Shown here in pieces: positions 30,469 through 41,154 of a stretch of DNA of 64,000 nucleotides. Position numbers and translations under genes: made by a program. Numbering within the stretch: the stretch's first letter is position 1; the number at the start of each line of letters is the position of its first letter. The stretch is from an uncultured Pseudomonadota bacterium (GTDB taxonomy: Bacteria; Pseudomonadota; Gammaproteobacteria; Methylococcales; Methylomonadaceae): positions 4,386 to 68,385 of the forward strand of contig CAILJB010000036.1 of the NCBI GenBank assembly GCA_903834465.1, written 5' to 3'. The notes below the pieces were generated by a model. The model made no database searches. It saw only the letters and a list, made by a program, of their open reading frames with translations, and had not been told where the DNA came from.

Positions 30469-31025
30469 TTTTCAAATAGACTCGGTAAAAAAAATTCACT
30501 CACTAACATCGGTTGTCCGGCGATACTATATTTTGTACGTCGTCCCCATAATGGTGTGGTAATCGGTAATATTTGTTGCACGGTTGTTGTCCACAAATGC
30601 GGTTCAATTCGCGCAATTTCTAACGGCTTACGTTCCAAACTTGGCGCAGAAAATAAAATTTCCCCTAACGGTCTTGTTCCCAATCGCGTTAAATTGCCTT
30701 GTGCAATTTTCAATGTTGCCGAGGGAATAACCGTTCGCGCCAAAATTAACGGCTGTTGGTTAGATAATAAAATAACTTCACGCACCAAAGTGTAACGGTG
30801 TTTAGGCAGTTTTAAAACGCACTGCTCCGTTAAAAATGGTGACTGCTGGCATTCAATCAACACTTGAACTGTAATAGTTTGCCATTGATTGCGTAACCGT
30901 TGCGTAAGCGATTCAGATTCGCGTAGCCATGATTGCAGCTCAAGCGACAACGTTTTACGCGCAGCGTGATTCGTATGAAGCCAGTGAGGTTCGCGTTGAA
31001 ATAAACGACTGTGAGACATTAGCAA
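30465..31025 (-). CDS. ubiC: chorismate pyruvate-lyase
   Basis: It aligns by eye to E. coli UbiC (SLT.R...., LAR TV.P..TL, LG..PLG..LF, LWGRR......G.P.LV.E.FLPS). Confidence 0.8.
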   Translation of the reverse strand: MLMSHSRLFQREPHWLHTNHAARKTLSLELQSWLRESESLTQRLRNQWQTITVQVLIECQQSPFLTEQCVLKLPKHRYTLVREVILLSNQQPLILARTVIPSATLKIAQGNLTRLGTRPLGEILFSAPSLERKPLEIARIEPHLWTTTVQQILPITTPLWGRRTKYSIAGQPMLVSEFFLPSLFEK

Positions 31026-31124
31026 AACTAGGAAGTTAAAAACCTGCTGATAGTAGCAAAGAAAAGCTCTATCAGCTACGAACTGTTACAATCTGACAAT
31101 GGCGCAACGCGCTGAAAGTTTAGA

Positions 31125-32174
31125 ATGAATACTCTGAAAAATTTAACAACTTCTGTTATGACAAAACTATTAGAAAAATTATTACAACGACAAGATTTAA
31201 CGGCGTTCGAAATGCGCGAAGCGATGCAGCTTTTTATGCGTGGCGAAGCTGATGACGTGCAAATCGCTGGTTTTTTATGCGCTTTACGCTCTAAAGGTGA
31301 AACGATTGATGAAATCACCGCCGCGGCTGAAGTAATGCGCGAATTAGCCACACCAATTCATATTTCTGGACAGCACATCATTGATACCTGCGGCACAGGT
31401 GGCGATAGTGCAAACACCTTTAACATTTCTACCACGAGTGCATTTATTGTTGCCGCCGCCGGTGGACAAGTTGCCAAACACGGTAATCGTTCTGTCTCAA
31501 GTTGTTGCGGCAGTGCTGACGTGTTGGAATTGGCTGGCGTGAATTTAAATCTATCTCCCGAACAAGTTGCACGATGCGTGGCGGATTTGAACATTGGTTT
31601 TTTATTTGCGCCACGTTATCACGGTGCCATGCAACACACACGCAATGTTCGACACGCTTTAGGCGTGCGAACATTGTTTAATTTACTCGGCCCGTTAGTT
31701 AATCCGGCAAAAGCAAAGCATCAATTGATTGGCGTATTCGACAAAAAATGGACAGAACCGTTAGCACATGTTTTCAAAAAATTGGGAAGTGAACACGTTT
31801 TAGTCGTCAGTGCTGAAGACGGTTTGGACGAAATTAGTATTGCCGATGTCACGCATATTGCGGAACTTAAAAATGGCGACGTGTCGTGCTACACGATTAC
31901 ACCCGAACAATTTGGGTTATCGCGTGCGAGTTTGGAAAACATCGCAATTAATAACGCGCAGAACAGTTTAATAATACTTAAAAATGTGCTGAACAATCAA
32001 AAAAGTGCCGCGAGAGATATTGTATTGCTCAACGCAGGTGCAGCCATTTATGCAGCGGATTTAGCTAAAACACTTGCCGCCGGAATTGCCAAAGCCGAGG
32101 AAGTGATTGCCAATGGTGACGCTGCGGAAAAATTTGAACACTTTATTGCATATACGCAAACTTTTGCATCATGA
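31125..32174 (+). CDS. trpD: anthranilate phosphoribosyltransferase
   Basis: It has the [15 protein letters not shown] and GPL.NPA motifs. An alternative start lies at 31158. Confidence 0.9.
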   Translation: MNTLKNLTTSVMTKLLEKLLQRQDLTAFEMREAMQLFMRGEADDVQIAGFLCALRSKGETIDEITAAAEVMRELATPIHISGQHIIDTCGTGGDSANTFNISTTSAFIVAAAGGQVAKHGNRSVSSCCGSADVLELAGVNLNLSPEQVARCVADLNIGFLFAPRYHGAMQHTRNVRHALGVRTLFNLLGPLVNPAKAKHQLIGVFDKKWTEPLAHVFKKLGSEHVLVVSAEDGLDEISIADVTHIAELKNGDVSCYTITPEQFGLSRASLENIAINNAQNSLIILKNVLNNQKSAARDIVLLNAGAAIYAADLAKTLAAGIAKAEEVIANGDAAEKFEHFIAYTQTFAS

Positions 32175-32806
32175 GCGAACAAATGATTTACCGTTTATTT
32201 GAACAATTGGCTCTAGCAATTCCAAAACCAACCACAGAATTAGTTTATAACAGCCATTTTGAATTATTGGTCGCGGTCGTTTTATCCGCGCAAGCAACTG
32301 ATAAAAGTGTCAATAAAGCCACGCAACAATTATTTGCAGTCGCTAATACACCGAAAAAAATTCTAGCACTTGGCGAAGAAGGTTTAAAAAGCTATATCAA
32401 AACGATTGGCTTATTTAATACTAAAGCCGCCCATATTATGTCGTTATGTAAGCAATTACTTGAACTGCATAACGGTGAAGTGCCAAACACACGCGCTGAA
32501 TTGGAAAAATTAGCCGGTGTTGGACGCAAAACGGCGAATGTGATTTTAAATACCGCATTTGGTGAACCGACGATTGCTGTGGATACACATATTTTTCGTG
32601 TCGCAAATCGTATTGGGTTAGCCCATGCTAAAACAGTATTAGCTGTTGAAAAGGAGTTAGTGCGCGTCATTCCCGAAAAATTTAAACATGACGCGCATCA
32701 TTTGTTAATTCTGCATGGTCGTTACACATGTATGGCGCGTAAACCATTATGTGAGCGTTGCGTGATTAGCAGTTATTGCGAATTTTTTACACTTACCGCG
32801 CATTAA
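32171..32806 (+). CDS. nth: endonuclease III
   Basis: It has the HhH-GPD block ([13 protein letters not shown]), a catalytic K/D region and the 4Fe-4S cluster motif C-x6-C-x2-C-x5-C at the C-terminus. Confidence 0.9.
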   Translation: MSEQMIYRLFEQLALAIPKPTTELVYNSHFELLVAVVLSAQATDKSVNKATQQLFAVANTPKKILALGEEGLKSYIKTIGLFNTKAAHIMSLCKQLLELHNGEVPNTRAELEKLAGVGRKTANVILNTAFGEPTIAVDTHIFRVANRIGLAHAKTVLAVEKELVRVIPEKFKHDAHHLLILHGRYTCMARKPLCERCVISSYCEFFTLTAH

Positions 32807-32921
32807 ATTTTGGCTCGTTGGTTGTCGAATCCATAATTCATCCACATAATACAAATGAATTTACCCGTGATACGCTTCACATTAGGAAATTCAAATTTTA
32901 ATCAACATATCGGTTAAACAC

Positions 32922-34226
32922 ATGGAAAAGAAAAATAGAATCGCTTTATTTATAGATTTGGATAATTTTGTTGGCTTTTGTCTAGATGACGATTTGCCTT
33001 TGGATATAAAAAAAGAAATCAAAAAACTTACTGAACACGGCGAGATTAGTATTCGGCGTTCGTTTGGCGACATTATGAAGTTGCCCATTTCAGAAACTCG
33101 CAAAAAAGAATTACGCGAAATGCTGCAAGCAAATTTGATTCGCCACGAAGATATTCCTTATTACAACGGTTATAAAAATACGTCCGATATTCGGTTAGCA
33201 ATTGAAGCAATTTCGGTCGCTTACACGCATCCAGACATCAATATTTTTGCGGTAATTGCAAATGATCGCGACTATATGCCGGTATTCTCTAAACTTAAAG
33301 AAATTGGAAAAACCATCATCGGAATTGGTAGCACTAAAAATACGGTGGGTGAATTGTATCGGAGTGCGTGCGATATATTTTATTATCACGAAGATTTTGG
33401 CAAAAACGATTATGGAATACGAAAAACTGAATCAACCGCTGCGGATGATGAAAACATTTTAATCAATTTGTTAATTGAAAAAATTCGTTACAACACAACC
33501 AATGGTTTAAAAACTAATCAATCCACTATCGCCGCAGCCATTAAAAATAGTCGAGCGGTGGATTTTACTGGTTACAATTCGTTTCAAGGTTTTGGCGATT
33601 TGTGTCGGTTGGTGGAAAAACGCGGGATGCTTTCGATTACGCCACGTCATGTGGGCGATTTAGATCCCGTGTTGTTGTGTAACAGTCCAGAAAATGAAAG
33701 TGCGATTGAACGATTCCAAGGTCAGCAACAAGCGCAACAAACGGTTCCTGCTTCCACTGACGATATGAAACGCATTTACAATAATTTTGTTAAATCAAAA
33801 TTGAGTTTGAAAAACGATTTTCCGCCGCATTCGCAACGTGAAAAAATTTACCAACAACTCGATATTTTATTAGCCGAAAGTGAACCTTACGGTGGCGTTG
33901 GATTAAAAGCCGCGTCAGAACAAATTACCAAAGCTCTTGCATTTGACCCCGATGACCAATCATCAGTATTTAAAATTTTATACAGTTTGTACCGGTCAGG
34001 TTGTTTTATCGTTCGACGAACGGAAGATAATTACAATCCTATTATCATGAGTAATCGTGTGGCCATGAATTATATTTACATGGATAAAAAACTCATGGAA
34101 AGTCTGATTAAATTATTCAAATGGGACAGTGAAGACATTAAATTTGACCCAAGCCGTTGGTCAGAATTTTTCATTGGCGACACGTCTTATTCACAAATTG
34201 CTAAATTTGCTTATAACTACTTGTGA
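32922..34226 (+). CDS. NYN (LabA/DUF88-like) domain protein with LOTUS/OST-HTH-like middle region and unknown C-terminal region
   Basis: The NYN signatures are [20 protein letters not shown] and [22 protein letters not shown]. The central segment resembles OST-HTH. I cannot assign the last ~170 aa. Confidence 0.7.
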   Translation: MEKKNRIALFIDLDNFVGFCLDDDLPLDIKKEIKKLTEHGEISIRRSFGDIMKLPISETRKKELREMLQANLIRHEDIPYYNGYKNTSDIRLAIEAISVAYTHPDINIFAVIANDRDYMPVFSKLKEIGKTIIGIGSTKNTVGELYRSACDIFYYHEDFGKNDYGIRKTESTAADDENILINLLIEKIRYNTTNGLKTNQSTIAAAIKNSRAVDFTGYNSFQGFGDLCRLVEKRGMLSITPRHVGDLDPVLLCNSPENESAIERFQGQQQAQQTVPASTDDMKRIYNNFVKSKLSLKNDFPPHSQREKIYQQLDILLAESEPYGGVGLKAASEQITKALAFDPDDQSSVFKILYSLYRSGCFIVRRTEDNYNPIIMSNRVAMNYIYMDKKLMESLIKLFKWDSEDIKFDPSRWSEFFIGDTSYSQIAKFAYNYL

Positions 34227-35164
34227 TGGTTTCTCAAACTTTACCGCCCGCCATTTTACTGATGGGACCTACCGCATCGGGTAAAACGGCTCTAGCGGTA
34301 CAACTCGCTCAAGCGTTGAACGGCGAAATTATCAGCGTCGATTCCGCGCTTGTTTTCAAAGGAATGAACATTGGTACGGCTAAACCAACTTTAGAAGAAC
34401 GCAGCGGTATTCCTCACCATCTCATTGATATTCTCGACCCAAGCGAATCGTTTTCCACCGGACAATTTCGCACGGAAGCGTTAGCGTTAATGGCAGATAT
34501 TACGGCGCGTGGAAAATTACCAATTTTAGTTGGTGGCACAATGCTTTATTTCAACGCGCTTACAAAAGGATTAGCAGCGTTGCCATCGGCGAACGCTGAA
34601 GTTAGAGCGCGGTTGGAAGACGAATTAGCGCGTAATGGCAATGTCGCATTGCATCAACGGTTGGCAAAAATTGACCCTCAATCAGCCGCGCGTATTCATC
34701 CCAATGATCCACAGCGTGTGCAACGCGCGTTAGAAGTTTATGAACTTACTGGGCAATCGTTAAGTGACTTTTTTTCTGCCGAGCAAGAAAATCCATTGCC
34801 ATACCTCATTCAAAAATTTATTGTTGCGCCTGATGACCGAAAAATTCTGCACGATATTATTGCCAAACGTTTTCACACCATGCTTAAACAAGGTTTTTTA
34901 TCCGAAGTTGAAAAATTGTATTTGCGTGGTGATTTGCACGATAAATTACCAGCTATTCGAGCTGTCGGTTATCGCGAAGCGTGGGCGTATTTTCAAGGTG
35001 AGTATGATTTAGCTACGATGACTGAAAAAGCCATTATTGCCACGCGCCAACTTGCAAAACGGCAATTTACTTGGTTACGCAGAGAAACGGATGCGCAATC
35101 TTTTATTACGGGTCAGTCCGATTTATTAGCGCAAGTGTTAACGGCGACTTCACCACAACATTGA
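34226..35164 (+). CDS. miaA: tRNA dimethylallyltransferase
   Basis: It has the P-loop [26 protein letters not shown] and QRQ.TW.R-type motifs. Its ATG overlaps the NYN gene stop (TGATG); a GTG at 34223 is an alternative. Confidence 0.9.
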   Translation: MVSQTLPPAILLMGPTASGKTALAVQLAQALNGEIISVDSALVFKGMNIGTAKPTLEERSGIPHHLIDILDPSESFSTGQFRTEALALMADITARGKLPILVGGTMLYFNALTKGLAALPSANAEVRARLEDELARNGNVALHQRLAKIDPQSAARIHPNDPQRVQRALEVYELTGQSLSDFFSAEQENPLPYLIQKFIVAPDDRKILHDIIAKRFHTMLKQGFLSEVEKLYLRGDLHDKLPAIRAVGYREAWAYFQGEYDLATMTEKAIIATRQLAKRQFTWLRRETDAQSFITGQSDLLAQVLTATSPQH

Positions 35165-35194
35165 AAACTTGTTTTTAGCTTCTTGAAAGGAGTA

Positions 35195-35228
35195 TTGTAA
35201 TAATCTTGTCATTTTTGCTTCGCATAAT
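35195..35228 (+). promoter_or_regulatory. Pho box plus -10 upstream of pstS
   Basis: TTGTAAT-AATC-TTGTCAT are 7-bp direct repeats at 11-bp phasing, as in the E. coli consensus CTGTCATAWAWCTGTCAY. TTTT-GCTTCG and then CATAAT follow. Confidence 0.55.
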
Positions 35229-35275
35229 GACCTAGATTTCTATATATTTCTTCCATCTTATTTCGAGATACCTTC

Positions 35276-36256
35276 ATGAAACAGCTTTTCAAAAATAAAT
35301 TGTTATTGGCAGCAATGGGCTTATCAGCAAGTCTGGTAAGTGTCAGCGCAAGCGCAGTGCAAACTGTCGAGGCAAGCATTCCAGACTATCAAAAAGCCAG
35401 TGGTATTGCGGGCAATTTATCTAGTGTCGGTTCAGATACATTAGCGAATTTAATGACCTTGTGGGCAGAAGAATTCAACCGTGTTTATCCTAACGTAAAC
35501 ATTCAAATTCAAGCAGCAGGTTCATCTACTGCGCCACCAGCGTTGACGGAAGGTACATCAAATTTAGGTCCTATGAGTCGTGAAATGAAAGACGATGAAT
35601 TGGAAGCCTTTGAAGGTAAATATGGTTATAAACCCACTGCCATTCCTGTGGCAGTCGATGCGTTAGCCGTTATGGTGAACAAAGATAACCCAGTGAAAGG
35701 CTTAACAATGGAACAAGTGGATGCCATTTTCTCAAGCACGTTGAAATGTGGCGGCGCACACGAAATTAACACTTGGGGTGATGCGGGTGTTGCAGCATGG
35801 GGAACTAAAACGATTCAACTTTATGGTCGTAACTCTGTTTCGGGTACTTACGGTTATTTCAAAGATCACGCTTTATGTAAAGGTGATTTCAAAAATAACG
35901 TAAATGAACAACCTGGTTCTGCGTCTGTGGTTCAATCGGTAACGTCGTCTGCAAACGGTATTGGTTATTCTGGTATGGGTTATACGACTTCAGGCGTGAA
36001 AATGGTGCCTTTAGCCAAAAAAGGTTCAACGACTTTTATTGAAGCAACACCAGCAAATGCGGTGAATGGTTCTTATCCATTAACACGTTACTTATACGTT
36101 TACGTTAATAAAAAACCAAATCAACCGTTAGCACCATTAGAAAATGAATTCATGAAAATGGTTCTTTCTAAAACCGGTCAACAAGTTGTAATCAAAGACG
36201 GTTATATTCCGTTACCTGCTAAAGTGGTCGAAAAAGTTTTAACCACTTTGAAATAA
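35276..36256 (+). CDS. pstS: phosphate ABC transporter substrate-binding protein PstS
   Basis: It has a signal peptide and PBP-like blocks (GS.T...L...W, GSS, NG.YPL.R.LY.Y). It lies first in the pst operon. Confidence 0.85.
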   Translation: MKQLFKNKLLLAAMGLSASLVSVSASAVQTVEASIPDYQKASGIAGNLSSVGSDTLANLMTLWAEEFNRVYPNVNIQIQAAGSSTAPPALTEGTSNLGPMSREMKDDELEAFEGKYGYKPTAIPVAVDALAVMVNKDNPVKGLTMEQVDAIFSSTLKCGGAHEINTWGDAGVAAWGTKTIQLYGRNSVSGTYGYFKDHALCKGDFKNNVNEQPGSASVVQSVTSSANGIGYSGMGYTTSGVKMVPLAKKGSTTFIEATPANAVNGSYPLTRYLYVYVNKKPNQPLAPLENEFMKMVLSKTGQQVVIKDGYIPLPAKVVEKVLTTLK

Positions 36257-36277
36257 TAAACAAAGCTCAAACTCTTC

Positions 36278-36325
36278 AAAGCGCAAGGTTCAAGTGAATT
36301 TTAAGTTCCTTGTCTTGCGCTTTTT
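36278..36325 (+). terminator. intercistronic stem-loop between pstS and pstC (attenuator or stabiliser)
   Basis: AAAGCGCAAG and CTTGCGCTTT form a 10-bp stem around a ~26-nt loop, followed by TTTTT. GGTTCAAG (36288-36295) can pair alternatively with CTTGAAC (36328-36334). Confidence 0.5.
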
Positions 36326-36352
36326 GCCTTGAACTTTTTTGAAAAAGAATTT

Positions 36353-38629
36353 ATGTCTGAAATAAACAATTCGACAACACAATCTTCGCTAAATACAGCG
36401 ACAACCTCACACTATGAAAAATGGCGATTACTCAAAGATGCCATTATGCGTCACGCCGTAGTTGCAGGTGGTTTGAGTATTATTTTTGCCATTGTAGTGA
36501 TTTTCTTTTATCTGCTTTATGTGGTGTATCCGCTGTTTTTATCCGCAAATGCAGAGTCTGTCGCGCAATATGCCATTCCAGAAGAAAATGCAGGCAAAAC
36601 ACTGTTTTTAGCTATCGAAGAACAAAATGAAATCGCTGCCCGTTTTACTGACAGCGGACAAGTCGTTTTCTTTGACGCGAAAACGGGTAAAACATTAGCG
36701 CAAAAAACGGTTTTGTTACCCGAAGGTGCAAACATCGTTAGTGTCGCGCAAGGCAGTCCAGCAAGTGATGGTGCTGTGATTTACGGTTTATCAAACGGTC
36801 AAGCCGTTATTGTAAAACAACAATATAAAGCCACTTTTGTCGGTGACAAACGTGTGATTACACCGTCGTTAAAATATCCGCTCGGTGAAACACCTTTAGT
36901 TATTAACGATGCAGGCGCAGCATTAGAAAAAATTGCGTTTAAAGTCGGCGAAGGGGCGGCCACCATCGTGGCGAAATCAGCGGATAAAATCCGTATTACC
37001 AGCCTTGAAAAAGAACAATCTTTGTTTGGTGATGAAGCAAGTTTAACGCGCACTGATTCGATACTTGATATGCCAGCAGGCAACATCACCGATATTTTGG
37101 TAGATAAAGAAGACCGCAATTTGTTTTTAGTCAGTAATGACGGACAGTTGAGTTTTATCGATATCAGCAAAAAAAATGCGCCGGAAATTAAACAGCATCT
37201 CAACGTGGTTGAAGCGGGACAGAAAATTACTAGTTTAAGTTTTTTAACCGGTGATTTATCGCTCATGATTGGTGATTCGAGCGGTTTAGTGGCGCAATGG
37301 AGTTTGGTAAAAGATGCGTTAGGGCATCCCGCGCTTGAACGTATTCGCGCGTTTAAAGTTTCCGATAAAGCGGTGGTTTCAATTAGCACAGAGCAACGTC
37401 GCAAAGGATTTTTAACCGTTGACGCAGCAGGTGAAATGGGCATTTACCATTCCACGGCTGAACGTGAACTGATTAAAGAATCACTCGGTAATGCTGCACC
37501 ATTAGCAACAATTTTATCACCTAGAGCCAATGCGTTGTTGTTCCAAAATGGCGACGGTAAAATTCATTTTTGGACTGTGGATAATGAGCATCCGGAAGTA
37601 TCGATTAAATCGATGTGGCAAAAAGTGTGGTACGAAAGTTATGCCAAACCTGCATACATTTGGCAATCGTCTTCGGCGAGCAATGATTTCGAACCGAAAT
37701 ATAGTTTAACGCCATTGGTTTTCGGTACATTAAAAGCGGCGTTTTATGCAATGTTAGTTGCGATTCCATTGTCATTGATGGGTGCAATTTACACGGCTTA
37801 TTTCATGTCACCACAAATGCGAATTTATGCCAAACCATCCATTGAAATTATGGGCGCATTGCCAACGGTAATCTTAGGTTTTCTCGCCGGTTTATGGTTA
37901 GCACCGTTTATTGAAGAACATTTAGCGGGTTTATTTTCGTTGTTAATTATTGTACCACTGGGCGTAATGGTATTTGCGTTTAGTTTGCAATTTTTACCAG
38001 AAACAGTGCGTCAAAAAATCCCAGAAGGTTGGGATGCGGCGATGTTAATTCCGGTCATTATTCTCAGCGGTTGGTTTGCGTTTAGCATTAGCGTTCCATT
38101 GGAAACATTTTTGTTTAATGGCACGTTACGCGATTGGTTTAAAAACGAATTAGGTATCGGTTACGACCAACGTAATGCGTTAGTCGTTGGCATCGCAATG
38201 GGATTTGCCGTTGTGCCAACTATTTTTTCGATTGCCGAAGATGCTATTTTCAGTGTGCCAAAACATTTAACGGTCGGTTCATTAGCCTTAGGCGCAACAC
38301 CTTGGCAAACCATGATTCGCGTGGTGTTACTAACAGCGAGTCCGGGTATTTTTTCGGCAATTATGATTGGTTTTGGTCGCGCTGTGGGTGAAACGATGAT
38401 TGTATTGATGGCAACGGGCAACACACCGGTGATGGATTTAAGTGTCTTCCAAGGTTTGAGAACGTTAGCGGCTAACATCGCCGTAGAAATGCCTGAAGCA
38501 GAAGTCGATAGTACGCATTATCGCGTGTTGTTTTTAGCGGCATTGGTACTGTTTATGTTCACGTTTGTGTTTAACACACTTGCCGAAGTAATCCGTCAAC
38601 GGTTACGCGAAAAATACAGTTCGCTATAA
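36353..38629 (+). CDS. pstC: phosphate ABC transporter permease PstC, long form with ~430-aa periplasmic N-terminal domain
   Basis: The C-terminal ~300 aa is a typical PstC permease core (EAA-like loop SLALGATPWQTM). The N-terminal half follows one transmembrane helix and has repeated beta-strand motifs. I preferred the ATG at 36353 over the TTG at 36329. Confidence 0.85.
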   Translation: MSEINNSTTQSSLNTATTSHYEKWRLLKDAIMRHAVVAGGLSIIFAIVVIFFYLLYVVYPLFLSANAESVAQYAIPEENAGKTLFLAIEEQNEIAARFTDSGQVVFFDAKTGKTLAQKTVLLPEGANIVSVAQGSPASDGAVIYGLSNGQAVIVKQQYKATFVGDKRVITPSLKYPLGETPLVINDAGAALEKIAFKVGEGAATIVAKSADKIRITSLEKEQSLFGDEASLTRTDSILDMPAGNITDILVDKEDRNLFLVSNDGQLSFIDISKKNAPEIKQHLNVVEAGQKITSLSFLTGDLSLMIGDSSGLVAQWSLVKDALGHPALERIRAFKVSDKAVVSISTEQRRKGFLTVDAAGEMGIYHSTAERELIKESLGNAAPLATILSPRANALLFQNGDGKIHFWTVDNEHPEVSIKSMWQKVWYESYAKPAYIWQSSSASNDFEPKYSLTPLVFGTLKAAFYAMLVAIPLSLMGAIYTAYFMSPQMRIYAKPSIEIMGALPTVILGFLAGLWLAPFIEEHLAGLFSLLIIVPLGVMVFAFSLQFLPETVRQKIPEGWDAAMLIPVIILSGWFAFSISVPLETFLFNGTLRDWFKNELGIGYDQRNALVVGIAMGFAVVPTIFSIAEDAIFSVPKHLTVGSLALGATPWQTMIRVVLLTASPGIFSAIMIGFGRAVGETMIVLMATGNTPVMDLSVFQGLRTLAANIAVEMPEAEVDSTHYRVLFLAALVLFMFTFVFNTLAEVIRQRLREKYSSL

Positions 38630-38646
38630 AAATATGAGCATTGAAA

Positions 38647-40302
38647 ATGATTAAATTATGGTTTAAAAGTGGTAGTCCGTGGATTTGGTTAAATGCCGCC
38701 GCAGTGAGTACCTGTTTGATTATGGTCATCGGCGTTCTAGGTTTAGTTGCTGTGCGCGGAGTAGGGCATTTTTGGGCATCGCCGATTGTGTCGATGAATT
38801 ACCAAGAAGATGACGGACAAGTAAAAACAATCATCGGTGAACATGTTGATACAACCGTCACGCCCGCTGCGATGGCGAAATCGACTGGTTTTCAGATGGC
38901 AGATAATGAAGACGTTTTGATTCAATATTTAATGAAAACCGGCAACCGTGATTTAACGGGTTCGGATTTTCGTTGGATTCAAGAACGTCACATTAAATCG
39001 CAAGCTGAACCAGCAGATTTGATTGTCGTTGAACGTCGTGAATGGGGTAATTTTTATGGACAACTCGTTTCTGTTAAAGAAAACGACCAAGTTATTGCGT
39101 CGGGCGAACAAGCGTGGATTGCATTGCAAGAGCGTTTGAAAACTGCATTGGAATTGCATGAACAAATCGCGCATTTAGAGAAAAAAGAAATTGGCGCAAT
39201 TAACTACGGTTTAGAACAGTTGCGTTTGAAGCAAAAAGGCTTGGAACTCAAACACGCTTGGAACGCAGAAACGATTAAAGAGTTTGCTGATAAAAAAGCG
39301 GCTTACGATGTCGATTACAAACGTTATCAAGCACAACTTGGCGAGTTATATCAAAAAATTCGTCGTGATAGTTTGGTTGCAAAAACCGAAAGTGGCGCAG
39401 AGTTAGTCATTCCTTTATCGAAAGTGGTCGAAGTCACGCAACCTAACACGATGAACGTATTGACCAAAATCGGGCATTACATCAAAAAACTGGGTGAGTT
39501 TTTATCAGAAGACCCACGCGAAGCGAATACAGAAGGTGGTATTTTCCCTGCGATTTTCGGCACGATTATGATGGTTATCATGATGTCGATTATCGTCACG
39601 CCATTTGGTGTGATTGCAGCGGTGTATTTGCGAGAATATGCAAAACAAGGATTTACCACACGTTTAATTCGTATTGCGGTAAATAATTTAGCGGGTGTTC
39701 CATCCATTGTTTATGGCGTATTTGGGCTAGGATTTTTCGTCTATATTTTAGGCGGCAATATCGACGCGCTGTTTTTCCCAGAATCTGCGCCAGCTCCTGT
39801 TTTCGGTACACCGGGTTTACTTTGGGCATCGATTACCTTGGCGTTATTGACGCTGCCAGTTGTTATCGTGTCAACCGAAGAAGGTTTGGCTCGCGTGCCA
39901 AAAGCAATTCGTGAAGGCAGTTTAGCGTTAGGCGCGACAAAAATCGAAACGCTTTGGCGCACTGTTTTACCGATGGCAAGTCCAGCGATGATGACTGGTT
40001 TGATTTTAGCGGTAGCGCGTGCAGCGGGTGAAGTTGCGCCGTTGATGCTGGTCGGTGTGGTGAAATTAGCACCAACACTCCCGCTTGATGGTAATTACCC
40101 ATTTTTGCATTTAGACCGTAAGTTTATGCACTTAGGTTTTCACATTTACGACGTGGGTTTTCAAAGTCCAAACGTCGAGGCGGCGCGTCCTTTGGTTTAT
40201 GCCACTTCGTTACTGCTGGTTTTAGTTATTATTGGCTTGAATTTAGCGGCTATTCTTATTCGTAATCACTTGCGCGAAAAATACCGCGCTTTAGAAGGTT
40301 AA
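38647..40302 (+). CDS. pstA: phosphate ABC transporter permease PstA, long form
   Basis: It has the PstA core ([19 protein letters not shown]). After the first transmembrane helix there is a ~250-aa insertion with a coiled-coil-like segment. The ORF-track start is TTG 38641. Confidence 0.85.
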   Translation: MIKLWFKSGSPWIWLNAAAVSTCLIMVIGVLGLVAVRGVGHFWASPIVSMNYQEDDGQVKTIIGEHVDTTVTPAAMAKSTGFQMADNEDVLIQYLMKTGNRDLTGSDFRWIQERHIKSQAEPADLIVVERREWGNFYGQLVSVKENDQVIASGEQAWIALQERLKTALELHEQIAHLEKKEIGAINYGLEQLRLKQKGLELKHAWNAETIKEFADKKAAYDVDYKRYQAQLGELYQKIRRDSLVAKTESGAELVIPLSKVVEVTQPNTMNVLTKIGHYIKKLGEFLSEDPREANTEGGIFPAIFGTIMMVIMMSIIVTPFGVIAAVYLREYAKQGFTTRLIRIAVNNLAGVPSIVYGVFGLGFFVYILGGNIDALFFPESAPAPVFGTPGLLWASITLALLTLPVVIVSTEEGLARVPKAIREGSLALGATKIETLWRTVLPMASPAMMTGLILAVARAAGEVAPLMLVGVVKLAPTLPLDGNYPFLHLDRKFMHLGFHIYDVGFQSPNVEAARPLVYATSLLLVLVIIGLNLAAILIRNHLREKYRALEG

Positions 40303-40306
40303 TGGT

Positions 40307-41140
40307 ATGTCTACACAAGAAACACGTTCGCACAGCTTTGATGCGAGTTCGATTTTACGCAGCACCCACAAACACGATGACCCTGTCGAACCGTGTTTAA
40401 AAGTCGAAAATCTCAATCTGTACTATGGTAAAAAACAAGCGTTACATGGCATCAATATGGAAATGCCAAAGAAAAAAGTAACGGCGTTCATTGGTCCTTC
40501 GGGTTGTGGTAAATCCACGTTATTGCGTTGTATTAACCGCATGAATGATTTGGTTGATGGCGTAACCATTGACGGCAAAATTTTGTTGCACGACGAAAAT
40601 ATTTTCGACAAATCAGTCAATGTTGCAGCATTACGTCGTCGGGTCGGCATGGTATTTCAAAAACCCAATCCGTTTCCAAAATCAATTTTTGAAAACGTGA
40701 CGTATGGCTTACGAATCCAAGGCATTAACGATAAACGTATTTTAGAAGAAACTGTCGAAACGTCATTGCGTGGCGCGGCGTTATGGGATGAAGTAAAAGA
40801 TCGTTTGAATGATAACGCTCTTGGTTTATCTGGTGGTCAGCAACAACGTTTAGTAATTGCCAGAGCGATTGCGATTGCTCCCGAAGTATTATTGCTTGAC
40901 GAACCTGCTTCCGCATTAGACCCTATTTCAACGCTTAAAATCGAAGAATTGATTAACGAATTAAAAGAAAAATTTACGATCGTTATCGTCACGCACAATA
41001 TGCAGCAAGCGGCGCGCGTCTCTGATTACACCGCGTTTATGTATATGGGTGAACTGATTGAAATTGGTGCGACCAGTCAACTTTTTACCAAACCCACTAA
41101 AAAACAAACCGAAGACTACATTACCGGTCGTTACGGTTAA
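40307..41140 (+). CDS. pstB: phosphate ABC transporter ATP-binding protein PstB
   Basis: It has Walker [10 protein letters not shown], the signature LSGGQQQR and Walker B LLLDEP, and ends ...DYITGRYG, which is typical of PstB. Confidence 0.95.
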   Translation: MSTQETRSHSFDASSILRSTHKHDDPVEPCLKVENLNLYYGKKQALHGINMEMPKKKVTAFIGPSGCGKSTLLRCINRMNDLVDGVTIDGKILLHDENIFDKSVNVAALRRRVGMVFQKPNPFPKSIFENVTYGLRIQGINDKRILEETVETSLRGAALWDEVKDRLNDNALGLSGGQQQRLVIARAIAIAPEVLLLDEPASALDPISTLKIEELINELKEKFTIVIVTHNMQQAARVSDYTAFMYMGELIEIGATSQLFTKPTKKQTEDYITGRYG

Positions 41141-41154
41141 TAAGGAAAAATATT

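Noticed and set aside
30418-30795. A 125-aa plus-strand ORF overlapping ubiC. Other 60-100-aa ORFs lie in intergenic-adjacent positions (1992-2174, 2635-2817, 23812-24030, 42303-42494, 53609-53851 and 55765-56073).
   Set aside because: They overlap better-supported genes or terminators, lack ribosome-binding sites and have implausible compositions.
36799-37443. A 214-aa ORF antisense to pstC. Similar long antisense ORFs occur at 20890-21375, 9652-10008, 10975-11253, 38161-38478 and 58438-58806.
   Set aside because: They lie entirely inside well-supported genes on the opposite strand and have low-complexity Ser/Ala/Cys-rich translations with no motifs. These are typical shadow ORFs.
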